Below, piece by piece: positions 20,882 to 30,479 of a stretch of DNA of 64,000 bases (position 1 is its first letter; each line of letters begins with the position of its first letter). Position numbers and translations under genes: made by a program. The DNA lies in assembly GCA_963714085.1 (NCBI GenBank), contig OY970229.1, positions 928,001-992,000 on the forward strand. Direction: 5' to 3'. This DNA is from an uncultured Candidatus Micrarchaeota archaeon. GTDB lineage: Archaea > Micrarchaeota > Micrarchaeia > Anstonellales > Bilamarchaeaceae. Under the pieces are notes generated by a model that saw nothing but the letters and a program-made list of their open reading frames with translations, was not told the origin of the DNA and made no database searches.

Positions 20882-22615
20882 TTAATGCATCGCAGAAGCC
20901 CCGTGCGCGTGATGATGTCTCTTCTTCTCCTTGCCCCTCATGGACGACACGACCGCGGCGATAAGCGAGACCACCGCGCAGATGGCGAACGCCAGTTTGG
21001 TGCCGTCGATGAACGCCGGGGAGATGAGGTTGGGGAAGAACGTGGTGCCTATCACATTCTGCCTTACCGCGCTTGAAAGGTTGTTCAGTTCGGTCTGGGG
21101 CAGGAGGCTTCCCAGCGGGTTGTAGCCCAGGAATGTGGCGAACAGCATGCCTGTCGGAGGGAGATTCGACACGACTGCTGCGGCCTGGGAGCTGATGCCG
21201 GCGGTTGTCAATCCGGCGTACATGGTCGCCGGAAGGTTCGTTGCCATGCCTACGGTAAAGAGCGTGAATATGATGCTTATGCTCAGGGCGCTCGCGGCGT
21301 TCTGGAACGTCGCCCGCATGCCTGAAGCCACGCCCCGCTGGTGCGAGGGCACGGAGCTCATTATCGCGGAAGTGTTCGGAGCTGCGAACATGCCGGTCCC
21401 GGCGCCGATCAATGCGAGGACGCATGCGAATTCCCAGTAGGCGAAGTTGGCCGGCAGCAGCATGAGGCCGAAAAAGCCTATGGCCATGAGGACGCTTCCG
21501 GCTGTTGCGAGCAGACGCGGCCCGTGCTTGTCCGAGAGGTAGCCTGAAAGCGGGCCGAACACCAGGAACGCTATCGTCAGGGGGAGCAGGTATATGGCGC
21601 CCCACAGCGGCGTATCCTCGAATGCAAAGCCATGGAGCGGCAGCCATATCCCCTGGAGCCAGATGATGAGCATGAACTGCAGGCCGCCCCGCGCGAGGGA
21701 ATAGAGGAATCCCGCGGCGTTGCCTGTGGCGAACTCCGTGATGCCGAAGAGCTCCAGGTTGAAGAGGGGGTGTTTCACCCTGGTTTCGTGCCAGGCGAAG
21801 ATGCCGAGCAGCAGTATGCCCAGCAATATGCCACCGATGACGAAAGGATTGCCCCAGCCCATGGCAGAGCTGCCATATGGGATAATCCCGTATGTGATCG
21901 CCACGAGTATCGCGCTCAGCCCTCCGGCTAGCAGTACATTCCCTGCTATGTCGAGCTGCTGGTTTGGCCTGATCTCGCCCTTTTCCTTGAGCATCATGTA
22001 GCCCCAGATCGTGCCGAGGAGGCCGAACGGGACGCTGACGAAGAAGACCAGCCTCCAGGAGATCACGGCCAGGAAGCCGCCCAGCAATAGGCCTATGAAA
22101 CTGCCTGCTATGAAGGCGATCTGGTTCACTCCGAGCGCGAACCCGCGCTCGTTCGCGGGGAAGGCGTCGGTGAGGATGGCCGCGGAATTGGCGAGCAGTA
22201 TCGCGCCTCCTATCCCCTGTATCACCCTGAAGAAGATTATCTGGAGCGCAGCGGAGTTCCCGGTCCCCTGCACGAAGAACAGCAGTATCGAGCCGATGCT
22301 GAAGATGAGGAATCCGAAATTGTACATGCGCACCCTTCCGAATATGTCGGACATCCTGCCAAGGCCCACGAGGAGGACGGCAAGCACCGTGATGTAGCTC
22401 ATCAGCGTCCAGAGCAGGTAGTTTATCTCCCCGGGTGCCAGCGGATTGATGCCTATGCCGCGGAAAATGGCCGGCAGGGCGATGAGGAGTATGTTGGCGT
22501 CTATCCCCGCCATCAATGCCCCTAGCGTGGTGTTCGAGAGCGCGATCCACTTGTAGTCGAACCTCTCGATCGAGGCTAGCACTTCCCTGGTTTTCTTGGA
22601 GAACAAATCAATCAT
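20882..22615 (-). CDS. MFS drug:H+ antiporter-2 (14-TM) type transporter
   Basis: GRMSDIFGR, QGIGGA, FP.NERG.ALG. Confidence 0.9.
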   Translation of the reverse strand: MIDLFSKKTREVLASIERFDYKWIALSNTTLGALMAGIDANILLIALPAIFRGIGINPLAPGEINYLLWTLMSYITVLAVLLVGLGRMSDIFGRVRMYNFGFLIFSIGSILLFFVQGTGNSAALQIIFFRVIQGIGGAILLANSAAILTDAFPANERGFALGVNQIAFIAGSFIGLLLGGFLAVISWRLVFFVSVPFGLLGTIWGYMMLKEKGEIRPNQQLDIAGNVLLAGGLSAILVAITYGIIPYGSSAMGWGNPFVIGGILLGILLLGIFAWHETRVKHPLFNLELFGITEFATGNAAGFLYSLARGGLQFMLIIWLQGIWLPLHGFAFEDTPLWGAIYLLPLTIAFLVFGPLSGYLSDKHGPRLLATAGSVLMAIGFFGLMLLPANFAYWEFACVLALIGAGTGMFAAPNTSAIMSSVPSHQRGVASGMRATFQNAASALSISIIFTLFTVGMATNLPATMYAGLTTAGISSQAAAVVSNLPPTGMLFATFLGYNPLGSLLPQTELNNLSSAVRQNVIGTTFFPNLISPAFIDGTKLAFAICAVVSLIAAVVSSMRGKEKKRHHHAHGASAMH

Positions 22616-22684
22616 CCTTGTAATCGTTTAGGTATTTTGACTCGCACCAACCCGGTGCTATGGATAACTGACGGAATCACTGGT

Positions 22685-23074
22685 CTATTTCTTGTTGATG
22701 CTCATGATCCCGACCCAGATGCCGTTGGGATCCTTCACCAAAGCCATGGAGCGTTCCTTTCCTTCGAACGGCCCCATCGCTACCGGTGCGCCGCTCTTAA
22801 CCAACTTGTCGAACGCCTTCTTGAAATCCTTGACCTGGAACATGAGGTGGTCGAGCTCCACCCCGTCTTTCTTGTACGGGGTGTAGAGCTTGCAGCTCTT
22901 GGTGTAATGCATGATGTTCATGCGCACGCCGGTGTCAGGGCTGACCAGGCTCACGATCGTCTCTCCGGGCCAGTGGCTCCTCGTGCCCGTGACCTTCATG
23001 CCCATCAGCTTGGTATAGAAAGCCAGGGTCTTCTTCAGGTCGTTAGCCCGTATGCTAGTATAGATTAGTCCCAT
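22685..23074 (-). CDS. VOC/glyoxalase family protein
   Basis: DL.K...FY..L.G, DHLMFQV, KDPNG. Confidence 0.88.
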   Translation of the reverse strand: MGLIYTSIRANDLKKTLAFYTKLMGMKVTGTRSHWPGETIVSLVSPDTGVRMNIMHYTKSCKLYTPYKKDGVELDHLMFQVKDFKKAFDKLVKSGAPVAMGPFEGKERSMALVKDPNGIWVGIMSINKK

Positions 23075-23152
23075 ATTCTCACTGCTCTTAATCAGCCGCG
23101 AATATTTTTATATTTTTCGTGCCGCGTGCCTCTCCGCTAAAAGAAAACCCAT

Positions 23153-23185
23153 CATTAGCCCGGGCTCCCTGCGGGCAGGCTAATG
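23153..23185 (-). terminator. Hairpin followed by a T-rich tract on the minus strand
   Basis: cattagcc (23153-60) pairs with ggctaatg (23178-85); minus strand continues ggttttctttt. Confidence 0.35.
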
Positions 23186-23245
23186 TTGTCAGACCGCGCA
23201 TTCCGTAGACATCTGTTTTATAAAAGTTACTAACCATACGGATAT

Positions 23246-24568
23246 ATGGTGCTAATTATGACCAAAGCTACAAGAAAAGACTTCGGCATAGATTACGGTG
23301 GAACGAGTGTACGGATCGGACCTGTTGACCGCAGCAGCGGCAGACTGACCGACAAGGTAATAACCATGGATTCACGGCAATTCCGCACCAACGAAAGCCT
23401 TACCAGAGCCATCCGCGACCTGCTGCCTCCAAAGTGCAATGTTTTTACTGGCGCAGCGGGCAAGATCGAAGGGCTGCAGATCAAACATTCCCCGAATTCT
23501 TCCATAGTCGGGCCAGTGACATTTCCGGAAGACCTGAAGCGCGACGGCTATCACGTCGCGCTTGTCAACGACATGGGCGCTGCCATTAGCGCAGTAGTCC
23601 TATGGGGGCCCGGAAGAGGCCGCAGGGTGTCGGCCGTCGGCACGTACTCCTCTGGCTCCAATTTCGCAGTATATCGTGAAAATCTTCTGATTCAGATGGA
23701 GGCCAGCCATATGCAGGGGCCTGCTGTAGCCGGCTGGCCGGATAAGGTCCCCATCTCCGCCCAGGTGTGGCAATACTGTTTCAGGAGAGACGTGGACTTC
23801 AGCTCTGCCACGGTGGCAATGCAAGGCATGGAAGCTTACAATTCAAAGCACAGTCCAGCAGAGTTAGCGCGATTTGGATTGCATCCTCTGACAATGGAAG
23901 ATTTGGCCACACAGGACGGTCTTGCGCGTGCACTGTTCGCTTTGGACACCTATCCCGACCACATTGTGTTAAACGAGAGGACTCTCAGCGCCGCAGAACT
24001 CGCTTCAGATAAGCGCTTCTTCTGTGGTTGCGGAGGCCAAGGGCATTTGGAACCCCTTGTCACTGGCAATGGAGCTGCCTGGATGGCCCAGCGCCATTTC
24101 CTGTTGAATCGCGCACCTGGTCACAAAATCATGCTCATGGCGCTTGCGGATTATAATAAAAAATTCGGAACGGATATCGCCTTCTCCAGCCTTAGAGACG
24201 ATTCCATCTATCCTGTAATCGTCAGCCATATCTCAGCTAAACACATATATGAAGCATACCGGCTGGCTCCGGAAGAAATGCCGCAGGCATTCATCAGGGA
24301 CACGCAGGTCAACATGATAGCGGCTTCGATCGGCATTCTTGCATCCTACCATATGCCCGAAGTGCTGGTGTGCATGGGAAGCATGACAAATGATTGGGAT
24401 ATCATATTCGAGCCCGCGATAGCGCTGATAACCCCGGGTTCCCCTGTGCATAAGCCAGGTTATTATTACTTCGACGCCGTTACGCCGCCCGAGGTTCTAA
24501 AGAACGATATCAAAGAACTGGGGCTCGTCGGTGCCGTGGCTTACGGGGTTATGCAGGAAAAACGCTGA
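23246..24568 (+). CDS. ROK-family sugar kinase-like protein with a large internal insertion
   Basis: GIDYGGTSV, VNDMGAA, EASHM...CGCGGQGHLE, GLVGA; visibly less GC-rich than neighbours. Confidence 0.7.
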   Translation: MVLIMTKATRKDFGIDYGGTSVRIGPVDRSSGRLTDKVITMDSRQFRTNESLTRAIRDLLPPKCNVFTGAAGKIEGLQIKHSPNSSIVGPVTFPEDLKRDGYHVALVNDMGAAISAVVLWGPGRGRRVSAVGTYSSGSNFAVYRENLLIQMEASHMQGPAVAGWPDKVPISAQVWQYCFRRDVDFSSATVAMQGMEAYNSKHSPAELARFGLHPLTMEDLATQDGLARALFALDTYPDHIVLNERTLSAAELASDKRFFCGCGGQGHLEPLVTGNGAAWMAQRHFLLNRAPGHKIMLMALADYNKKFGTDIAFSSLRDDSIYPVIVSHISAKHIYEAYRLAPEEMPQAFIRDTQVNMIAASIGILASYHMPEVLVCMGSMTNDWDIIFEPAIALITPGSPVHKPGYYYFDAVTPPEVLKNDIKELGLVGAVAYGVMQEKR

Positions 24569-24597
24569 GCAGCATCCCAGATTCTTCTCCTTAAAGG

Positions 24598-24688
24598 TTT
24601 GTCAGACCGCACATCAATCTTCATCGTTTCGTCCGTGGCTTTTAAGGGCTTAGGGACTAGCTCGGTGATCACCGTGGTCATCATCCAT
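24598..24688 (-). ncRNA. Box C/D guide sRNA candidate
   Basis: AUGAUGA (24684-78), 12-nt guide, CCGA, GUCC/GGAC stem, ACGAUGA, 15-nt guide, CUGA (24605-02); TTAAATA about 25 nt upstream. Confidence 0.6.
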
Positions 24689-24804
24689 AACCATTATGCC
24701 CGCCACAATATTTAAGGCGTTCGCTTGGGCCGCGGCATCGCTCCATGCTGCCCGCACGGCCCCCGGCTAGGTATTAATCCCTTTCCCCGCAATAACATCC
24801 AACG

Positions 24805-27102
24805 ATGATAAAGTCCATCCGGCTTCTCAACTGGCGCTCGCACGCTGACACGAAACTCGAGTTCAGCGAAGGCGCCAACCTGCTCATAGGCCACATGGGC
24901 GCTGGCAAGAGCTCGGTGATGGACGCCATCTCCTTCGCGCTGTTCGGCACTTTCCCCGCGCTCGAGCGCAGGAAGCTGAAGCTCCAGGACGTCTTCAGGC
25001 TGAACGAGGACAAGGCGTCCGTGATCCTGGAGTTCGCATGCAACGGCTCGGACTACACGGTGGAGCGCACGCTCACGAAGGGGAAATCCAGGGTGGAATC
25101 CGAGGCGCGGCTCTTCCGCGGCTCTTCGATGCTCGAGAGCGGGCCGGAGCCCGTGAAATCCTACATCTCCGGACTGTTGGCAGTGGACTACGACCTCTTC
25201 ACCCGCGCCATCTACTCGGAACAGAACAACATAGACTATTTCCTCAGCCTCGACCCGCGCAGGCGCAAGGAGGAGCTGGACGCGCTCCTTGGGCTGGACA
25301 GGTTCGAGACCGCCAGGCAGAACGCGGTCTCCGTCATAAACAGGATGAGGTCCGAGAAAAAGATGCTGGACGGGACGTTCAGCCAGGAGGCGCTGGAAAA
25401 GACGAGGAAGGATCATGCGGAGCAGAAGGAGCTGCTCGTGTCTCTGGGCGCTGCGCTCGCATCCGCCTCGCTGCAGGAGGAAACTGCGAAGAAGTCTCTC
25501 CAGGAGGCCGAGAAGGCGCTATCCGCGCTCGCGCTCAAGAAGGAGGGCCACGAGCGTCTCTCCAAGGAGAAGATGAGGCTGGAAGTCCTCTCAGGCCAGC
25601 TCAGGGCCGAGCTGGAGGGAAAGCCCTTTGACAGCGGGGCGCACGCACGGGCGAAGGCGTCGCTCTCCGAGAAAAGGCAGGCCCTGGAATCCGGCAAATC
25701 AGGGCTCAAGGCGATCGACACCGGCTTATCCGACCTCTCCAGGCGCGCGGGTTTCGCGAAAGCCAGGCTGGAGCAGGCGCTGCGCGCCAGCAAGGAGCTG
25801 GAAGCGAGGGGGAACGAGCTCTCATCGCTGCTCGAAGGGAAAAACGCAGCGGAGATGGAGTCCACGCTCCGCTCGGCGGAGAACGAGTGCCTCGTCCTTG
25901 CGTCGGAGCAGAAGTCCCTGCTCTCGTCCATAAAGGACACGGAGGAGCTGGTCCGCGGCCTCAAGCCGGGCGCGTCCGAGTGCCCGGTGTGCGGCGGCCC
26001 GCTCGGAGAGAGCGGCATCGAGCACGTGATCAAGGAGAAGAAGGCGCGTGCCGCGGACATGCACGAGCGCGCGAAGGCGCTTGACAAACCGCTGGCGGAC
26101 AAGAGGAAACTCGCCTCCGACCTCTCGCTCAGGCTGAAGCGGCTCTCGTCGCTGCAGGACGCTCTGTCCAGGCTGGAGAAGGAGGCCTCGGGGAGCGCGG
26201 CAGCGGAATCCGAGCTCAAGGAGCTGGGCGCGAAGCTGTCCTTTGAGCAGGAGGCGAAAACTGCGCTGGAAGGCGGGCTCGCTGTCCTTGCCCAGGAGGT
26301 CCAGTACCTGCTGCTCGAATGCAGCCGCATGGAGGAGCTGATGGCCAAGAAAACCAGGCTCACGGAAGCGGAGAAGGCGCTCGCCATCGCCACGGAGCAG
26401 CTCTCCGCGCTCGGATTCGACCCGCTCGAGCACGAGGCGCGCAGGAAATCCGCAGAAGAGGCGCGGCTCGCCCTCGACCGCGCGCTGAACGGCCGCAAAT
26501 CGTTGGAATTGCAATTCTCGATGAACAAGGCGGCCGGAGAGAAGCTGGAGAAGGAGCTCGCGCGGCTGGAGCAGGCGAGGAAGGGTTCGGAACGCTGCGC
26601 AAGGCTCGAGGAGCAGCTCACGATCTACCGGGACGCGCTGCTGGACACCCAGGCCTCCCTGCGTTCCGAGCTCGCGGCGGCCATAAACTCGGCCATGGCG
26701 GAGGTCTGGCCCATATTCTATCCTTACCGGAATTATCCCTCAATAAGGCTCAGCGCCACAGAAAAGGATTATCTCATAGAGATAGAGGACCGTTCATTGT
26801 GGAAGCCGCTGGAATCCGTGGCGTCCGGAGGGGAGCGTGCATGCGCGGCGCTCACCATCCGCGTCGCCCTCGCCGCGGTCCTCACGCCCAACCTCTCGTG
26901 GCTGGTGCTCGACGAGCCTACCCACAACCTGGACGCAGAAGCAGTCCGGCTGCTCTCCGACACGTTGCAGACCAGGGTGCCTGACGTGGTGAAGCAGACA
27001 TTCGTCATAACTCACGAGGAGGGGCTGATCGGCGCGGACTTCTCTTCGGCGTACCGTCTGAAGAGGGATGAAACCGGGCCTACCAAAGCCGAAAAAATCT
27101 GA
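24805..27102 (+). CDS. rad50: Rad50 SMC-like ATPase
   Basis: GHMGAGKSS Walker A, coiled coil with central CPVCG zinc hook, ASGGE signature, LDEPT. Confidence 0.88.
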   Translation: MIKSIRLLNWRSHADTKLEFSEGANLLIGHMGAGKSSVMDAISFALFGTFPALERRKLKLQDVFRLNEDKASVILEFACNGSDYTVERTLTKGKSRVESEARLFRGSSMLESGPEPVKSYISGLLAVDYDLFTRAIYSEQNNIDYFLSLDPRRRKEELDALLGLDRFETARQNAVSVINRMRSEKKMLDGTFSQEALEKTRKDHAEQKELLVSLGAALASASLQEETAKKSLQEAEKALSALALKKEGHERLSKEKMRLEVLSGQLRAELEGKPFDSGAHARAKASLSEKRQALESGKSGLKAIDTGLSDLSRRAGFAKARLEQALRASKELEARGNELSSLLEGKNAAEMESTLRSAENECLVLASEQKSLLSSIKDTEELVRGLKPGASECPVCGGPLGESGIEHVIKEKKARAADMHERAKALDKPLADKRKLASDLSLRLKRLSSLQDALSRLEKEASGSAAAESELKELGAKLSFEQEAKTALEGGLAVLAQEVQYLLLECSRMEELMAKKTRLTEAEKALAIATEQLSALGFDPLEHEARRKSAEEARLALDRALNGRKSLELQFSMNKAAGEKLEKELARLEQARKGSERCARLEEQLTIYRDALLDTQASLRSELAAAINSAMAEVWPIFYPYRNYPSIRLSATEKDYLIEIEDRSLWKPLESVASGGERACAALTIRVALAAVLTPNLSWLVLDEPTHNLDAEAVRLLSDTLQTRVPDVVKQTFVITHEEGLIGADFSSAYRLKRDETGPTKAEKI

Positions 27103-27105
27103 TAA

Positions 27106-27990
27106 TCAGCTGAATATCTCGGTCTCGAGCCTGTCGGTTATCTCGAGCGCTTCCTTCGCCGGGGCGCCCGTCTTCTCCATGTACCATTCGACGCAGGCCT
27201 GCTCGTTCGCCGCGTGGTAGGTGGCTATCGCCAGGTACCTGTCCTCAGCGCCCATCATGCCTAGCGCGAAGAGGTACTGCATCAGGGACTTGAACTCCTC
27301 AACGCAGAAGGAGCGCTTCCTGGTGGCGCGCAAGCCCCTCAGGTCGGTGAATTTGATGCCGTCGTTCTTGATGAGCACGGAGTTGAGCGTGAACTTCCCC
27401 AGCACCAGGCGCCTGGAATGCAGCGCCGCTAGGTTGTTTATTATCATGTCGCAGAGGTCCCTCTTCTGCTCCGGCCCGAGGGAGTCGGACTCCACGAAGT
27501 TTATGTTGTCGTGCCTTGCGAGCCTCCGGTCGAAGCACCAGGCGGTCTGCTCCACCTTGGAGATCACGTAGGCGCTGCCGAGCACGGTCACCATCCAGCC
27601 CACGATGTTCTCGAGCCCTGCCTGGACCTTTGAATAGGCGTTGTAGAGCGCCCTCGCAATGTCCTTGGTGGTCTTCCTGAATATGTAGACGACGTTCCCG
27701 TGAGCGAGGGACACGGTGTCGATGCCATCCCTGGCGTTGAGCATGTGGATCTCGCCCAGGGTCTCGCCCTGCCTGAATTCAAGCACCTTGGCCCTGATGT
27801 TCTCGCATTTCGTGTCCTTCCAGGTATGCTCAAGGGTGATCGTGTCGTTGCTCCGGCTCGTCCTGGTGGACACCGGCACCTCTTTCGTGAACTGGGGCAG
27901 GCCCTGCTCCTCCTTCTTCTCTGCGTCGAGCTCCAGCCTCCTCTCTCCTGCATCGGGAACATGGACTTCCGCGTACTCTGTTTTCTTCAT
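27106..27990 (-). CDS. Hypothetical protein with degenerate kinase-like C-lobe
   Basis: LAALHSRRLVLGKFTLNSVLI...IKFTDL resembles LH..gi.HgD....Nil....i.fiD. Confidence 0.55.
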   Translation of the reverse strand: MKKTEYAEVHVPDAGERRLELDAEKKEEQGLPQFTKEVPVSTRTSRSNDTITLEHTWKDTKCENIRAKVLEFRQGETLGEIHMLNARDGIDTVSLAHGNVVYIFRKTTKDIARALYNAYSKVQAGLENIVGWMVTVLGSAYVISKVEQTAWCFDRRLARHDNINFVESDSLGPEQKRDLCDMIINNLAALHSRRLVLGKFTLNSVLIKNDGIKFTDLRGLRATRKRSFCVEEFKSLMQYLFALGMMGAEDRYLAIATYHAANEQACVEWYMEKTGAPAKEALEITDRLETEIFS

Positions 27991-28093
27991 GGGTGCAATC
28001 CTCTGGATTACCCTGGTCCCCCCTTTCGTAACACTATATTATAGCGCAAAACTCTATTTAAACATATGTCTTGTAGTCTTTCATTGATAACAC

Positions 28094-28978
28094 ATGGACG
28101 TAGAAGACCTCAAGAGCGGCAGGCATGATTACCTCTCCACCGGATTCCAGGCCACGAACGTCGGCAGGGCCATTGAGCTGATCAAGCGCATGAAGGAGGA
28201 GAAAGCGACGGTGTTCCTCTCGTTCACCGCGAACATGGTGGCCAGCGGGCTAAGAGGCGTGTTCGCCGAGATGTGCAGGCGCAGGTTCGTCAACGTGGTC
28301 ATCACCACGGGCGGTTCCCTGGACCACGACGTCATACGCACCAAGATGGATTACGGGGTCGGCGATTTCACCATGGACGACGCCGCGCTCCACAAGAAGG
28401 GCGTGAACCGCCTCGGCAACGTCCTGATAAAGAACGAATGCTACGAATTCCTGGAAAAGGCGGTCCGGCCGGTCTTCGAGCGCCTCTACAACGACGAGGT
28501 GGTCACCTCGCCGAGCTCGGTCGCGGCCGCGCTCGGCTCTTCAGTTTCCGACAAGGGTTCTTTCCTCTATTGGTGCTCGAAGAACAGGATTCCCGTGTTC
28601 TCCCCAGGCATAACCGACTCCGCCATCGGCCTCCAGACGTATTTCTTCAAGCAGAGGCACCCGGATTTCGGCATAGATGTGACCAAGGACATGAAATCGC
28701 TCGCCGACATAGCGCTGAACGCGGACAGGACCGGAGCCATCGTGCTCGGCGGCGGCATATCCAAGCACCACACCATAGGGGTGAACCTGCTACGCGGAGG
28801 CCTGGATTACGCGGTCTACGTCACTACGTCGTCTCCTTGGGACGGCTCGCTCTCCGGCGCCCGCACCAACGAGGCGGTGTCCTGGGGCAAGATCTCTGAG
28901 AAGGCGAGGCACGTCACCGTGGACTGCGACGCGACCATCGCGTTACCGCTCATAATGGAGAAATTCTTGGGTGATTGA
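28094..28978 (+). CDS. dys: Deoxyhypusine synthase
   Basis: GFQA, TANMVASGLR, NRLGN, GGGISKHH, DGSLSGA...EAVSWGK. Confidence 0.95.
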   Translation: MDVEDLKSGRHDYLSTGFQATNVGRAIELIKRMKEEKATVFLSFTANMVASGLRGVFAEMCRRRFVNVVITTGGSLDHDVIRTKMDYGVGDFTMDDAALHKKGVNRLGNVLIKNECYEFLEKAVRPVFERLYNDEVVTSPSSVAAALGSSVSDKGSFLYWCSKNRIPVFSPGITDSAIGLQTYFFKQRHPDFGIDVTKDMKSLADIALNADRTGAIVLGGGISKHHTIGVNLLRGGLDYAVYVTTSSPWDGSLSGARTNEAVSWGKISEKARHVTVDCDATIALPLIMEKFLGD

Positions 28979-29525
28979 CTTGATAAGCATCATGGCTATG
29001 GCGGCGCTGCTTTTCTGCGCAGGCCTCACCGTCAAGGCGGTGGACTGGATAGACGACGAGAGGAATGGCAAGAACCTGCTGAAATGGCCCATGGCAGTGC
29101 TCTACGGGGCGTTGCTCGGCTATCTAATATCCGAATCTGCCATCGCCATGCTGCTCCTGGGCGCCCTGTTCGCGCAGGTCTTCGCCAGGAAGATCGACAC
29201 CCACACCCACGTGCTCGGGTTCGCGATAGCCATGCTCTCGCCGTTCGTGCTCGGCTTCCCGCAGTTCGACCCGCTGCTCTTCGTGCTCTTCGCCCTGCTC
29301 GCGTTCGTGGACGAGATGGTGTTCGTCGGGAAGCTGGGCTGGCTCACGGAGCACAGGGTGTTCCTGATCCTGGGCTCAGCGCTGCTCATACCGTTCTACG
29401 GCTTCGCCTACTTCGTGGGCATACTGGCGTTCGACGTCGGCTACGTGCTCTTCAGCTGGGTCGCCAGGCGTCTGGTCCCGGCGCCCGGGCCTTCGAGGCG
29501 CCGCCCCGCGCCGTCAGCCTTTTAA
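28971..29525 (+). CDS. Integral membrane protein of unknown function
   Basis: Multiple TM segments, KIDT.TH motif; overlaps dys. Confidence 0.75.
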   Translation: MIDLISIMAMAALLFCAGLTVKAVDWIDDERNGKNLLKWPMAVLYGALLGYLISESAIAMLLLGALFAQVFARKIDTHTHVLGFAIAMLSPFVLGFPQFDPLLFVLFALLAFVDEMVFVGKLGWLTEHRVFLILGSALLIPFYGFAYFVGILAFDVGYVLFSWVARRLVPAPGPSRRRPAPSAF

Positions 29526-29549
29526 TCCAAAACCAGCACAATACCACAT

Positions 29550-30479
29550 ATGGATGACCTGGATTTCGCGGTACGCTACCCTTTTTCTCCAGAAGCCAAG
29601 GCTGCGCTTGATTCCAGGGCGACCCAGCTCAACGAGTCCATCGTGCTCATGGGGTCCGAGAGGATAAGGCGGGCGTTGAAGGGCGAGTCCGGCAGGAGCG
29701 CAGCGCTGCACGAGAGCGACAAGATAAACGAGATCGCGTCCTTCGCAGCAGCCCGCATGCTGCTCGCGTTCCTGAACAACAGGTTCATCACCAACAAGTT
29801 CGCGGTCTCGGAATCCAAGCGCGTGAGCGCGTACCTGGACAGCGAGAGGGACGAGTCCGTGATAATCCGCGTCGGGCACGAGCTGGGGTTCGTTGCCGAG
29901 AAGCAGGGCGCCTCCTATCTGGTCCCCATCCCGGTGTACCTGATGTTCTGCAGGCGCGACCCGAATTACAAGCTCATAAACCGCGAGATCAGCAACGGCA
30001 GGGTACTGGTGAACCAGCACGAGCGGGTGAGGCTGATGGAGGAGGCGGCGAGGAAGCGGATAGAACGCGTTCCTCTTCTCAAGGACCCGCCGAAGATCGT
30101 GGCCGATGCCGGCAAGAGGCTCGTCGCCGAGCTACCGAAAAGCGACCTTCCCCAGATACAGGTGAAGCCAGGGGATTACCCGCCGTGCATAATCAAGCTC
30201 CTCGACAGCGTGAAGAAGCACGAGAACCTCAACCACCAGGCCAGGTGGCTGCTCTGCGTCTACCTCATGGCCGCGGGCCTGAGCGACGAGGAGATAATCG
30301 GGCTGTATTCCAATCTTCCGGACTTCTCCGAGAGGATAACCACCTACCAGGTGCAGCACGCCAGGAAAAAGGGGTACACCGTCCCGGCGTGCGCGACCAT
30401 AACGACTTGGGGCTTCTGCTGCGCCGACTGCAGGATCGGCTCGCCGCTCTACTGGCGCGGGAAGGGAGTTTCCAAATGA
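29550..30479 (+). CDS. priL: DNA primase large subunit
   Basis: RYPF, PPCI, NLNHQAR, PDF.E..T.YQV.H, PAC. Confidence 0.9.
   Translation: MDDLDFAVRYPFSPEAKAALDSRATQLNESIVLMGSERIRRALKGESGRSAALHESDKINEIASFAAARMLLAFLNNRFITNKFAVSESKRVSAYLDSERDESVIIRVGHELGFVAEKQGASYLVPIPVYLMFCRRDPNYKLINREISNGRVLVNQHERVRLMEEAARKRIERVPLLKDPPKIVADAGKRLVAELPKSDLPQIQVKPGDYPPCIIKLLDSVKKHENLNHQARWLLCVYLMAAGLSDEEIIGLYSNLPDFSERITTYQVQHARKKGYTVPACATITTWGFCCADCRIGSPLYWRGKGVSK

Noticed and set aside
23713..24022. Intein in the ROK protein
   Set aside because: No N-terminal Cys/Ser block and no C-terminal His-Asn.
24620..24665. Hammerhead ribozyme (GUCC...GGAC GAAAC on the minus strand)
   Set aside because: The CUGANGA core is absent and stem III cannot form; a C/D sRNA internal stem explains it better.
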